Origin: Eledone cirrhosa
Lineage: Eukaryota
DNA: 64,000 nt
Direction of reading: 5' to 3'
Assembly (NCBI GenBank): GCA_964016885.1
Contig: OZ024742.1
Coordinates: 288,424,001 to 288,488,000 of the forward strand
A model generated the notes under the pieces. That model saw only the letters and a list, made by a program, of their open reading frames with translations, had not been told where the DNA came from and did no database searches. The position numbers and the translations under genes are program-made. Below are positions 1 to 12,079 of the stretch, in pieces. Each line of letters opens with the position of its first letter. Position 1 is the first letter of the stretch.

Positions 1-598
1 ACTGCAAACCTGATGATGATGATGATAAACTCAATTCTTTAATGGAAACATACATTGTAAAAACAGGAAGTGTCACAATGGTTAAGATACAATCATCAAT
101 ATGTGTACATGTACTCACACACACATACATATACCAATACAAAAGCTGAAATCACAATATAATACAAAGTCATCTTCTTATTGTCTTGTATGTTGCATCT
201 GAGTATGAGAATTATATGCTTTCACAACCCTCTATACTGTACCATCACCACTTCTGCCACCACCACGACATCAACATTATAGTTCTGTTTTCTATATCTA
301 TTTGTGAAGGCACATGGCTAAGTGGTTAGAGAGTTGGATTCCAAATCGTGAGGTTGTGAGATCGATTCCTGGGCAGGGCAATGCATTATGTCCTTGAGCA
401 AGACACTTTATTTCATGTTGTTCCTTTTGCCAGGAGTTGCAACTGGTAGATAGTATTGGCAATTGGAAAGACTAATAGAAACATTGTTTCCTTTGTCCAA
501 TTTGACAAATTCCAGCCCACACTCGGTAAGGGAGTGAGGTCTGGGACCTTGTCAATTCTAATCATCATCATCATCTATATCTCTACTCTATATTTCAG

Positions 599-658
599 GG
601 AGCATTGTTCCTTTTTTTCTCCGGTCGTATAGAGGTTGTAAGGGCCAATATTGATGAG
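599..658 (+). CDS. TTC39B: TTC39-family (TTC39B-like) internal exon A; gene starts upstream of window
   Basis: tttcag|GGA...GAG|gtgagt; translates GALFLFFSGRIEVVRANIDE, resembling TTC39 GAxxLFxxxRIE; phase 0 into next exon. Confidence 0.88.
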
Positions 659-1962
659 GTGAGTGAACCCATTTTTTTATACATTGGTCACCCTTTATAA
701 TCTCCTTGTTTTGCTAGGGAGCAAATTGTCAGAGTCATTAAGTGTGTCAGATTAAATGCTTCAGAATTTGTTCCGGCTATCTGAGCTCTGTGAAGATGTA
801 TGGCTTAGTGGTTAGGGTGTTGAACTCATGATCAAGGTCATTAGTTCAATATTTGCTCTAGGCACTGCATTGTATTTTTGAGCAAGATGCTTCATATTTC
901 ACATGGCTTTTCATGATAAGATTGGGGCCCCTATCAACAAAGCACCCAAGAAACCTCCTATCAGATACAACCTTACAGAATGTCAGCTGAAACCTAAGCA
1001 GGTATAAGCTGTAAATTTCATTTTTTTTTTTTCTGCTCTCAGTGTTAAAAATTCTGCCATGGTTAAATTTTGCCTTTCATCCTTTTAGCATTAATAAACA
1101 ATAAATGAATGGTAGATTGGTGGAACTTCTCAAATATCAGATGAGATGCTTCGCAATATTTGATCAAACTCTGTAAATTCTGAGTTCAAATTCCACCTCC
1201 TTCTATTAGGAGCTGAGTTATTAGGACTATCTTATTTCAGAAAGTCATTTGCAGTAATTCATCATCATCAACATTTAATGTCAACTTTCCTTACTAGCAA
1301 TGGTTGGACAGGTTGTCACAGACCATGTCAGTACTTAACTAGAGTCATTGATCTCTCAGATAGGCAGGGGCTCACATCACGCTTACATATTTTCTTGCAC
1401 TTTACAGAGAACACTGAGAATTTTATAGTGACACCAGAACTAAGAAGGTTGTCGTTTCTTTGACACAACTAAACATTCTTCTCTCCCCTTTGTTTGACAA
1501 GTTTTCTATGGCTGGATGCTCTTCTTATCGTCAGCAACTTTACTGGGTGCTTTTTACTGTGTCGCCAACAACTGAAGAGTCCTCTCAATGCTTTTTTAGC
1601 ATGGTTTCTACAGCTGGAAGCCCTTCCTTTTATCAACCACCTTACTGTGTACATTTTGTGAGAGACTGGCTCTTGAGAGGTTGTTGTGTGGCTGGATAAA
1701 CTTCCCAACACCCACAACTTTACAGAGTATACTGGGTCTGTTTTATTGTGGCATCAGCATGGGATATCTTAATTTACCTGGAAAGGGAAGAGCCCTGTCG
1801 CGTTTAAATGCCTAAGACAGCACTCCTACGACTCCATTGGGGATATAAATCGTAATTAAGAGAGTTATTAACAGTAATTATTAGGAGTATTTTCATTAAG
1901 ACAGTCATGAGATCTATCTTAATTATGACAGTTATTAGCAGTAATTATTGAGAGTATTTTAA

Positions 1963-2187
<225 letters not shown>

Positions 2188-2681
2188 TAACCCCTCCCTC
2201 TCTCTCTACTGCTCTACCTCTCTCTCTCTTTACATATCTACCACCTCCCTCTACAACTCTACCCCCTCTCTCTACAACTCTACCCCCTCTCTCTACAACT
2301 CTACCCACTCTCTCTACCACCTCTCTCTCTACAACTCTACCCATATATATATCTCTCTCTCTCTACATCTCTACCCCTCTCAACATCCTTTTTCTCTACC
2401 ACCCTACCTCTCTATATATATCTCTACGTCCCCTTCACTATGTCTGTCTCTACATATCTATTGTACCTCATATTTATTGTTACACATCTGTAAGGTTATG
2501 TTACACATTTGTGTTACACAAATATTATGTCACACATCTATTGTTATTTATTGTGTTACACATGTGTTCCATCTCACTGCATATATATATATCTATGTTT
2601 CATGACACACCTTACTACTGTGTTACATATGTATATATGTATGTTTCATGTCACACCTCATTACTGTGTTACATATGTGTA

Positions 2682-3029
2682 TGTAGAAGATCACGCCATC
2701 TAACGTCGACTGCCTACACAGTCGATTAACTCCCCTTAGTTCTGACGTCAGTGGCTGAAACAATAGACTTGGACAATGAGTGTTTGGAGACAATAGACGT
2801 GCGATAATCACGCAGCGGCTCAAGAGATGACACCAACACCATGTGGCAGTATTTGACGTTTTAAACATATTCCCAACCAAGGAACATTCGTATATATTTT
2901 GTAATTGCTCCTATATAAAAAAATGTTTTTTGTAACATAAATTGAGGTATGTCTTTATTCCTTGTTTGAAATGTGCCAGTAAACCATAACCAATTAGACG
3001 GGATGACTGACGACCACTTCCCACCTAAA
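2682..3029 (+). mobile_element. Solo LTR (Gypsy-like) inserted into a minisatellite
   Basis: Starts TGTAG, ends CTAAA, flanked by TGTA direct repeats; interrupts a ~41-bp tandem array; shares a CGCCATCTA motif with the solo LTR at 37702. Confidence 0.65.
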
Positions 3030-3162
3030 TGTATATCTATATTTCATGTCACACAGCACTACTGTGTTACATATGTGTATAAATATGTTTCATATCACAC
3101 CTCATTACTATATTACATGTGTATAATCTATGTTTTATGTCACACCTCTCTACTGTGTCCAG

Positions 3163-3321
3163 CTACAAGAATGACTGGTTGATAGCTATGAAATATGCTG
3201 AAAGACTTTGTCGAGAGAGCCGCTGGAGCAAGGCCACATACACCTACCAGAAGGCCTCCTTTTTAATGATGTGTGAGAACCCTACAGAGGAGACCACTAC
3301 CCACTTAGAGTACCTATTAGG
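3163..3321 (+). CDS. TTC39B: TTC39B-like exon C
   Basis: gtccag|C...GG|gtgagt; YKNDWLIAMKYAERLCRESRWSKATYTYQKASFLMM (ES.WSKATY motif); phases fit both neighbours. Confidence 0.95.
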
Positions 3322-3681
3322 GTGAGTAAACACACACATATTACATGTCTACCATAAGATGCAACCAGTAGATAGTATCAGCAATGGAAAGACCAATGGA
3401 AACATTATTTCCTTAGTCTGATTTGACGAGTTACACTCCACTCCACTCGGTAAACAAATGAGGTCTGGGATCTTGTCAATCATATTAAGAAAAAATAATA
3501 TATATATAATTAAGAATGGTTTTCCAAAGAGTATCAAAAAGAAACCAGTTAAGTAAAGTACTCAATACATTAGAAGAGAATGTACATATTAATTTTATAT
3601 AGAAATTACTTCTAAAGAATTAGAACTGTTTCATTTGTATGAAATCATCAGGAATGTCTTGATGATTTATTATTTTGGTGA

Positions 3682-3726
<45 letters not shown>

Positions 3727-5455
3727 AACTCATATTAGTGCCTTAAAATAAGGTCACTATTTTGACTCCTCTTGTTTTCTGGCGGTATGGTCAAATTTGG
3801 GCCTTGACACCTTGGGTTCCATGTTCCATGTATGAATGTAAATAAATAATGTTTTTTATATATATACATATTGACTTTTTACCATCTTAAGTATGTATAT
3901 TTTCTTGCATATTATTTGCTATCTATACATATGTACAAAATGATATGTTTCTTAAATTATATATTTTACTTTCTCTACTTATATCTTTTAAATTTAATAA
4001 TTGATACTCTGAACTAATGTCCATTGAGCTTATTTATTGAGAAACATGATCATCATACCCATTAAATATGTATTAATACCTTAACATAGTATATATATAT
4101 ATATATATATATATTGTATAATAGAAAAAAACGAGGTAGTTTTGTATACATATAAAAAATATTTATTGTGTATCGATACTCAATAAATATTTTTTTTTAT
4201 ATATGTAAAAGAAACTTCTTCGTTTTTTTCTATTATATACACTCTGCCTGTGCATAGAGTGCTTGATTTGGTACCAACACCAGTATTTCACTGTAGTACC
4301 CACTCTCTCTATATATATATACATACAGAGTGAGAGTGTGTGGGCTTACCCCAGGTTGACCCATCTGAAGAAACAACCAAAATATTTGACAGCAATGTTA
4401 TAGACAAAGCAATTAGAAACATGAAAGTAGGGAAAGTAACCAGGCCATCTGGCACAATTGCTGTGATGCTGAAAACACCCAGCATGGTAGATTGTGTGCT
4501 AATCAGAAGCATAGCTAATGACGTAGTACACAGTGATGTCATACCCAATGACTGCTGTAGCAGTATCATTGTAATCTGTGACAAGGATGCCCTCTTTCTT
4601 GTGAGACAACTGCAGGAGAAGTACTTAGCTAAGAGTAAGCCACTGCTAGATACAGTGGCTTACCTTTAACCCTTTAGCATTCACATTATTTTATATATAC
4701 TATTATATTTTCATAGTAAAGGGTTTATCTCACATAATATCGAATCTATGAGATTTTGAAAGTATTTATTTTGAGGACAATACCTTAACATCAGTTTGAG
4801 TGACCAGTTACAGCCAGTTTCAACAGAAAGAGGTAGAGAATTCTGGCTGGTTTGGCCGGTTTGAACACTAAAGGGTTAAGTACTTCTCCTGCAGTTGTCT
4901 CACAAGGAATAGGGCATCAGTAATACTCCTACCTGGTATAAAGCGAAACTACATCTCATCTAACTTAATTCTGTCCTTAATTAGTTGTGCTATAATCCTT
5001 TCAGTAACTTTCATTAACTGGTCCATCAACTTGATGTCTTTGTAGTTACCCCTCTTTAGTGTATCTCTTTTGCCCTTGTAGTAGTTCACAATGATTCCTT
5101 CACACCAATCATCAGGTTTGGTACCATCCAGTACTTCCTGATTAATTATACATTTGATTGTCTTCTAACCTATCATGGAAGATGTTTATAGCATCTCAGC
5201 AACTATCCTTCAGGGTTTTGTTTATCACACTGCTGTCAATTTATATGTGTAGTGTCCTCAGTTGGGTCTATGTGGGATAGGTCCTTAACTACCCCATTTA
5301 TTCTCTTCCTTCAGAGCTCTCTCATAATAGGACTTCCATGTCTTTTTTTTTCTTTTTGGCATCAGTTAGTGCAAGTACTCTACTATCATTTTGGCCACAC
5401 TTTTCCCCAACCACATCTTGATTTTCTCAAGCACACTGTCTCTGTCACTTTGCAG

Positions 5456-5573
5456 GGAGGTCCCTAAACTGAAACAAAGGATTGCTGGCAAGTCCCTACC
5501 CATTGAAAAGTTTGCTGTTTGTAAAGCTAACAGATTCTTTAATCAAGGTGGCAAGTTGACCTTGCCTGGATTG
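5456..5573 (+). CDS. TTC39B: TTC39B-like exon D
   Basis: ttgcag|G...TTG|gtaagt; EVPKLKQRIAGKSLPIEKFAVCKA matches the TTC39 LKQRIAGKSIP.EKFA motif. Confidence 0.95.
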
Positions 5574-6569
5574 GTAAGTTATAAAAGCTTATCTTAACTC
5601 TTAATATCCTGTACCACATGAAATCACATTAGCAATATATTCTTGAAAAGTACAAAACATCATCATCAAGATACTTCCCCAAGGTGCCATGCAGTAGGAC
5701 TGAACCAGATACCACATAATTGTGAAGTGAACTCCTTAACCTCACAGCCATACTTCATGTCATTAGGATTAACAACTGCTTCATTATTACAGTAATTAAA
5801 ATCATGGATGTAATGTTATGTGTGGTTTATAATTAGATTAAAATAAACACAGAAGTAGCATGTTTGTTATGATTGGTCTAATTAGTGAATCTATAGGATT
5901 AACAACTGCTTTGTTGTTGGATCAATTAGCTACTATAGTTAGTGTAAATCTAATTAATATTGTGAGGGCACATTGCTTAGTGTTGGGTGTTGGATTCATG
6001 ATTTTAAGGTCATGTGTTCAATTCCTGGATTGGGCAGTGTGTTGCTTTATTTCACATTGCTTTTAATAAGAATGGGGCCCCTATCATTAAAACACTCAAG
6101 AAACCTCTTATGAGAGCAACTTTGTAAGAGGCCAGCTAAACATGTATAGTTGAGAGCTGTAACAACAACATGAAAGGACCGGGACCCCTATTCTTAAAAC
6201 GCCCAACAAATCTTGTAGTAGGCCAGATAAATCTGCATTGATGTAGGCTGTAAATTTTTTTTTTTTTTTTTCTATTTAATATTCTCTTTAATTAGTGTAA
6301 ATCTTATTAATAGTCTCTTTAATAAATGTAAGAAGGAACTGATGTCATACTACAGATTATTTTGTGACATGAAGGGTGGGGCCCTTTATTTTTTTTTAAT
6401 TTCTATTTTGTTTGTATGTTTTTATTGCTGTTTAGTCAGGGAGGTAAGAGCAATGGCTAGGGCTATTTTGAAGGTCCTACAAGACTAACGTGAAGGAGGA
6501 GGGAGATATCCTCAAACCAGTGACTTGACCCCCTCAACAACACCAACAATGACAACAACAATTTAACCA

Positions 6570-9054
6570 CCAGGCCGTGGTTAAATTGTTGTGTTACATA
6601 TAGGCTAGTGATTTCACGGCGCAAGAAAAATGGTTGTTTACCTTTGCACGGTTGAAGCTGCGAGTCATAGCCTCCTCAAATCTTTGCGGGCTATTTCTCC
6701 CTCAGAACGCGTAGGGATACATCCTCTTCTACTGGCGCTGATTGGCTGAGCTGAGCCAAATCACGCACAGAGAATGTATGTGAGCCCGCGGAATGTAGGT
6801 CACTACATCACCTCCGAGCAGATTTTTAGCCGAAAATCGTTAACGATGAAGCCGAGGACCCACAGATTATTGAATCAGCAAGAACAAATGCTGAAAGAGC
6901 ACATCAGTGAAAAAATAATTGAGCAGAAAGATGCATGCAAGAAAAAAAAAAAGAGGCACGATGGGCCGTGTTGAGCCGCTGTCAAATGACTAGCTGTTTT
7001 GTAGTTTATACGTGACCACCAAAGGTCTACCAGAAAACAGATAAAGCCTGACATGGGCGAAGTTGCTGTTCTTGCATTAAATGTTAATGGTAAGTGTTGT
7101 ACCAGTAGCTGTGAACGAAGCTATTATGGTAGTTTACCAGTGCTGGCAAGAAGATGATGGGTAGGCAAGAAAATGTTGGCCTCCCAGATGTATTGCCAAA
7201 TGTGCTAGGGAGCCAGGAAAAAATGGCTGGTTGCTTTGATAAGAAAAAAAGCAAGCTGAATCTGTAGGTGGGGTGCAGTCCCACAATTCTGGCGAATCCA
7301 CAGAAGTGGTGGAAATGCTGACAAGTCCAGTTCTATTTGTTGTAAAATAACAAGATAGAGGTTGTTATGGATGATGAATGTGCAACGAGATGCGAAACTG
7401 TTTGAGTTCAGCCGCAATTAGCATTCTTGTGTTGCGGTGCAGGTGAATTAAGCTGCAAGTGCCGATAGCATGTTTTGGTACCTCCAGAAGGTGAAAAGGG
7501 ATTTCGCAGAATATTACGACGCTTGAAGATCACATACCATAGATAACAACATGTTGGTGTGTGTATATATGCAGGCATGTAATACAGCAAAGAAAATGTG
7601 TGCGTGCGGTCACATATACAATGATAGAGAGAAATGAATTTTCATATAATACAGTTTTAAAAAAATAAATGTCCAAAATAAATGCCTGAAAAAAAAAAAG
7701 GAAGAAAGAAAGAATTGTTTCTTTTCCTTTAACAAAAAGTTTGGTTCTGTTTTCTTTGGGATCGCTCTTACTAGGAAGCTAGCAGAGTTGTTGTCGTTAA
7801 AGCAAAGTCACAATGAATCTTCTGTAGAGTAGAAGTCGAGCGTTGAAGAACCCATAGTCACCGATATGGCAGCCACGTCTGACGCCATAATGGTGAGAAA
7901 ACTAATGTCTTAATTTCTCGAGTCCTTGTGGTAACGAGACAGAAGGTATGGTGGTTGCGTCGGTAAAGTTACAAGCCGTTTCCTGGTGTTGGTTAATAGT
8001 TAGCCATGTGTTGCTGCTGATGGGTGGTACTTGGTGGTAGCCGTTTTGAAATTTCCTCGTGGCGTAAAGTTTTTGATATACTGCTAATTTTTTTCCCAAA
8101 AATATTATAAAGAAAATTTGAAAATATTCTAAAGAAAAAAAATTATTTTCCATGATGGCCGATCTAAAAATGTATTCGTGATGAAGAAGCCGTCATGTGG
8201 CACGATGCAGCCAATCAGATGGCTGAGATTGAAGAAGACAAGCTGAACGCGGGAAAACAAAATTTCTGAGTCTCCATTTGTAATTTCAACAGAACGCCGA
8301 ACGCAAAATTCCACATCCAGAGAAATCCTTTTTCTTTTAATTAATTTTTTTTTGTGTTGTATTTTTGTGTTTGTCTGTATGCGTGCTTCAACAAATGGAA
8401 TATTATGAATTTTATGGACTTACACTAAGTGAGTCTAGCTACCCGATTCGAACATTCCAAATGTTAAGCCATTCCACATTGCCGTTAAAACGAATGGCGA
8501 ATTCAAATAGGCTGCGTTTTCATTCTTAATCGTCGAGAGTCGCCAATAAAGGAAAGTAATGTTTCTCTTTGTTGAATATAAGTCACCAATTTGGCTAAAG
8601 GATGTTGTCACCAATTTAGCGGAGAAGTATTTAGAAGTTGGTAAGGTTGCCATGAGGAACCAGGTTTGGTAGAAAGATATGATAGGAATATCGACCACGA
8701 CTTTAGCTTGTTTTTACATTATTTATTAACAAAGGTTGAGCTGGCATGCCAAGAGAAATTAAACAAACGAATTAAGATTCTAGAAAGACACGGGCTACAG
8801 GCTGAGAGAAGCGTTGCCAGGCCGTGGTTAAATTGTTGTGTTACATATTGGCTAGTGATTTCACGGCGCAAGAAAAATGGTTGTTTACCTTAGCACTGTT
8901 GAAGCTGCGAGTCCTAGCGTCCTCAAATCTTTGCGGGCTATTTCTCCCTCAGAACGCGTAGGGATACATCCTCTTCTACTGGCGCTGATTGGCTGAGCTG
9001 AGCCAAATCAAGCACAGAGAATGTATGTGAGCCCGCGGAATGTAGGTCACTACA
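6570..9054 (-). mobile_element. Non-coding LTR retroelement 1 (3' LTR truncated)
   Basis: Direct repeats 6570-6807 and 8817-9054; inferred full 5' LTR 8615-9054 (TGTAGTG...CGCTAAA) followed by TTGGTGAC (PBS-like); purine-rich CGGAGGTGA before the 3' LTR; no recognisable gag/pol ORF. Confidence 0.78.
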
Positions 9055-9649
9055 AGTAAAAACAGCAGTAACAACAACAACATTAAAAACAACACTCACA
9101 ACAACAACAACAACAACAACAGTATCAACAATGACAATAACAATAGCAACAACAGTCATCATCATCATCATCACACATTGATTCTTCCACGCTAGCATGG
9201 GTTAGATGGGTTGTCCTGTTGTGGGCAATGTTAGGTTGGCTGACCTTGTCTTGCACATACGGGAACTGATTTTGGCTTGATTTCTACAGCTGAATGCCCT
9301 TCTTAACACGAACCACATTTACAGTGAGTGGTGGGTGCTTTTTTGTCGTGACACCTCCGCGACCACTTTGCAGTGGGAGGGGATGGGGGCATATTACCTA
9401 TATGCTTCGGCTTTGGCCTGTGGGAAGTCAGGTCTTCTGTATTACTGCGTGATGCCAGAGGTCACAGTCCTGTGTAATCGCTGTTGAGAGGTGCAACTGG
9501 GCAAGGTCCGCTTTTATCACCTCATCCCAGGTCTTCTTGGGTCTCCCCACTTCACGGCTTCCATCAACTTTTAGTGCTCTGCATTTTTTTATGCAGTTGT
9601 CACAAGATTAATCCCAAATATTCTAACTGGTTGTTCTATGTTTTTTCAG

Positions 9650-9761
9650 GAACTTCTCTATGTTTGGAATGGTTTTACAATAATTGGAAAGAAGGAACAT
9701 TTGCTGTCCCCTTTCATGGAGAGAATTGAAACCACCATCAATACTATCACATCGAACCCTG
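9650..9761 (+). CDS. TTC39B: TTC39B-like exon E
   Basis: tttcag|GAA...CCT G|gtaat; ELLYVWNGFTIIGKK (YVWNGF motif). Confidence 0.93.
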
Positions 9762-10549
9762 GTAATCTTCACACAATGTTCTTTGATTCTTATATTCTTG
9801 TATTCTTTCACTACTAATTTCATGGGTTTGATTCCTTGACTAGGTTGTGAACACATAACCTGTTCCAGGAAAACACTTCATTTCAGGTTTCTCCAGTATA
9901 TTCAGCTGAAAATGAGTACCAGCAGGAGCTGGGGGTTTAACCTGGCAATGAATTGGCATCCTGTCCAGGGAGGAGTCTTGTACTCTTAGTTACTTAACAC
10001 CAATCAGGATAACCACTAGCCTAATGTACCTCCTATGTACATTCTATGTGGATACCTACATTCAGGGACATTTTAATTTTCATTGAGTTTCTTGTGAGAA
10101 GATACCATGGGCTCCAAATACTCTCCAGCCCAGGATCCCTAATTGCTTGAATAAATTGAATGGTGTTCATGTATGTAGTATGTTGTTGCATGGTAGTGAG
10201 ACATGAACACTGAATGTAGGAGGATTGTGTGAAGCTTAGAAAGAAATTATTCTAAAATTCTTCACTGATTGTGTAATGTATGTGCATAAATGACAGAGCA
10301 TGGATGAGCTGAAAGAAAAACTGGGTATAAGAAGAATCAGATATAGTTTGTAAGAGAGAAGATCGCACTGTAATGTGTATGGATGATGATTGCTGGGTGA
10401 AAAAGTTCCAAGAGTTCTAAGTGGAAGGAAGCTATCATCATCATTGTTTAACATCTATTTTTCACACTAACATAGGTTACTAAGAAAGATGTGAGCAGAA
10501 GTGATGAAAGCTGAACCCTCACAAAGGAGATGACTCAGTAAAGAGGCAG

Positions 10550-10617
10550 ATGACTATCTTAATTACCATGACAACTATAGCTTAGCTCTGTTACTGAAGG
10601 GAGTGTGTCTCAAATAC
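10550..10617 (+). pseudogene. Partial tandem duplicate of TTC39 exon F
   Basis: 68 nt with 7 substitutions relative to 10633-10700, preceded by CAG; 83 nt upstream of the real exon start. Confidence 0.88.
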
Positions 10618-10632
10618 TGTCTTATCTTTCAG

Positions 10633-10750
10633 ATGACTATCCTAACTACCACGACGACTATAGCTTAGCTCTGTTAATGAAGGGAGTATGTCTCAAGTAC
10701 CATGGGCAATATTTCCAAGCTGAGCAATGTTTTCTGGAGGTTATTGGATA
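10633..10750 (+). CDS. TTC39B: TTC39B-like exon F
   Basis: tttcag|AT...TA|gtaagt; DDYSLALLMKGVCLKYHGQYFQAEQCFLEV (DD..L..L.KG.CLK motif, TPR region). Confidence 0.93.
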
Positions 10751-11048
10751 GTAAGTAGCCTTTATTGTTTTTGTTGTTGTTGTTGGTGGTGGTGGGGCTA
10801 TTGTAGTTGTTGTTGGTAGTGGTGGTGAAGGTGTGTGTGGTTTAGTAATTAAGATGTTGGGCTCATGATCAGAAGGTCAATACCCAGACTGACATCGTTT
10901 TGTGCTCTTGACCAAGACACTTTATTTCACGTTTCTCTTGACCATTCACCTGGATAAAAATAAATTATGATGACACAAGTGCAAAGCTATGTTGGCCTTT
11001 TCCTTTCCCTTGGACAACATCATATATAGTGTATATATTGATCTATAG

Positions 11049-11079
<31 letters not shown>

Positions 11080-11859
11080 ATAGAGAAATTAATGGAAGCA
11101 AAATGCCAACAATAATTCAGACATATAAGTGACTATACCATCAAGATGAAAAAATGTTTAATGTAAGATGAGGGAAAAGTAATACAATCTTAATTTAAAA
11201 CAAATCAAGAAGAAAAACTTTATCCTCAGACTTTGTGTAAATTGGGGAAAAAGCAGTACAATATATATATAAGTTGCAACTATACTGGTGCCAGTACAAC
11301 ATCATATATAGTGTATATTTTGTATATATAGTGTGTATATGAGTTGCAAACTATAGTGTCAAGCTCTATCAGCCTTTGCTTTTCCTTGGGACATCACATA
11401 TGATGTATATATGGTATATATAGTGTATATCGGAGTTACAATGTCACTGGTAACAAGCTCTATCAGCCTTTGCATTTCTCTTGAACAATATTGGTGGCAT
11501 GGAATGGTGAGATTTGCACACATGGGTGACTGTTAGTCTACCTCAAAACACCTGTCCCAGGCTTGTGACTTGGAGTAGAATTTTCCAAGTCAAATCCATG
11601 GTCAGTCATGACCAAAGAGGCCTTTTCCTTATGTCGTTGTTATTGGTGGTGGTGTTGATATTGGTACTGTTGGTGTTGGTGGTGGCAGTGGTGGTGTTGG
11701 TGTTGGAGTGTTGTTGTGTTGGTGGTGGCTGTGGTGGTCAGTTGTTTGGTTTGTTGGCTGGCTGGTTGCTTGGTTGTTTAGTTGTTTCTTTAATAAATAG
11801 CCACACTACTCCCAATATATTGTCGTGAGAATCAATGATGATTATTTCATGTATTTCAG

Positions 11860-11976
11860 TGAGAAGAAGATAAAGATTGATAGTTATTTGGTCCCCTATG
11901 CCCACCTAGAATTGTCCTTGATGTACCTACACCTGCAGAGACCCACCGATGTCCAGAATTACCTACAGAAGGCGAA
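11860..11976 (+). CDS. TTC39B: TTC39B-like exon G
   Basis: tttcag|T...AA|gtaagt; EKKIKIDSYLVPYAHLELSLMYL (D.YLVP...EL motif). Confidence 0.93.
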
Positions 11977-12079
11977 GTAAGTACATCAATTTTATACATG
12001 CCAGATATAATGATTGCCCTTGTGTAGGTGTCATGATATAATGCACCTAAGTACACTCTATAAAATGATAGTGTTTGTA

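Noticed and set aside
3600-3660. Second hammerhead candidate on minus (CUGAUGA...GAAAC)
   Set aside because: Core boxes are present but stem I has no partner after the putative cleavage site and stem III is mismatched; at best a decayed relic.
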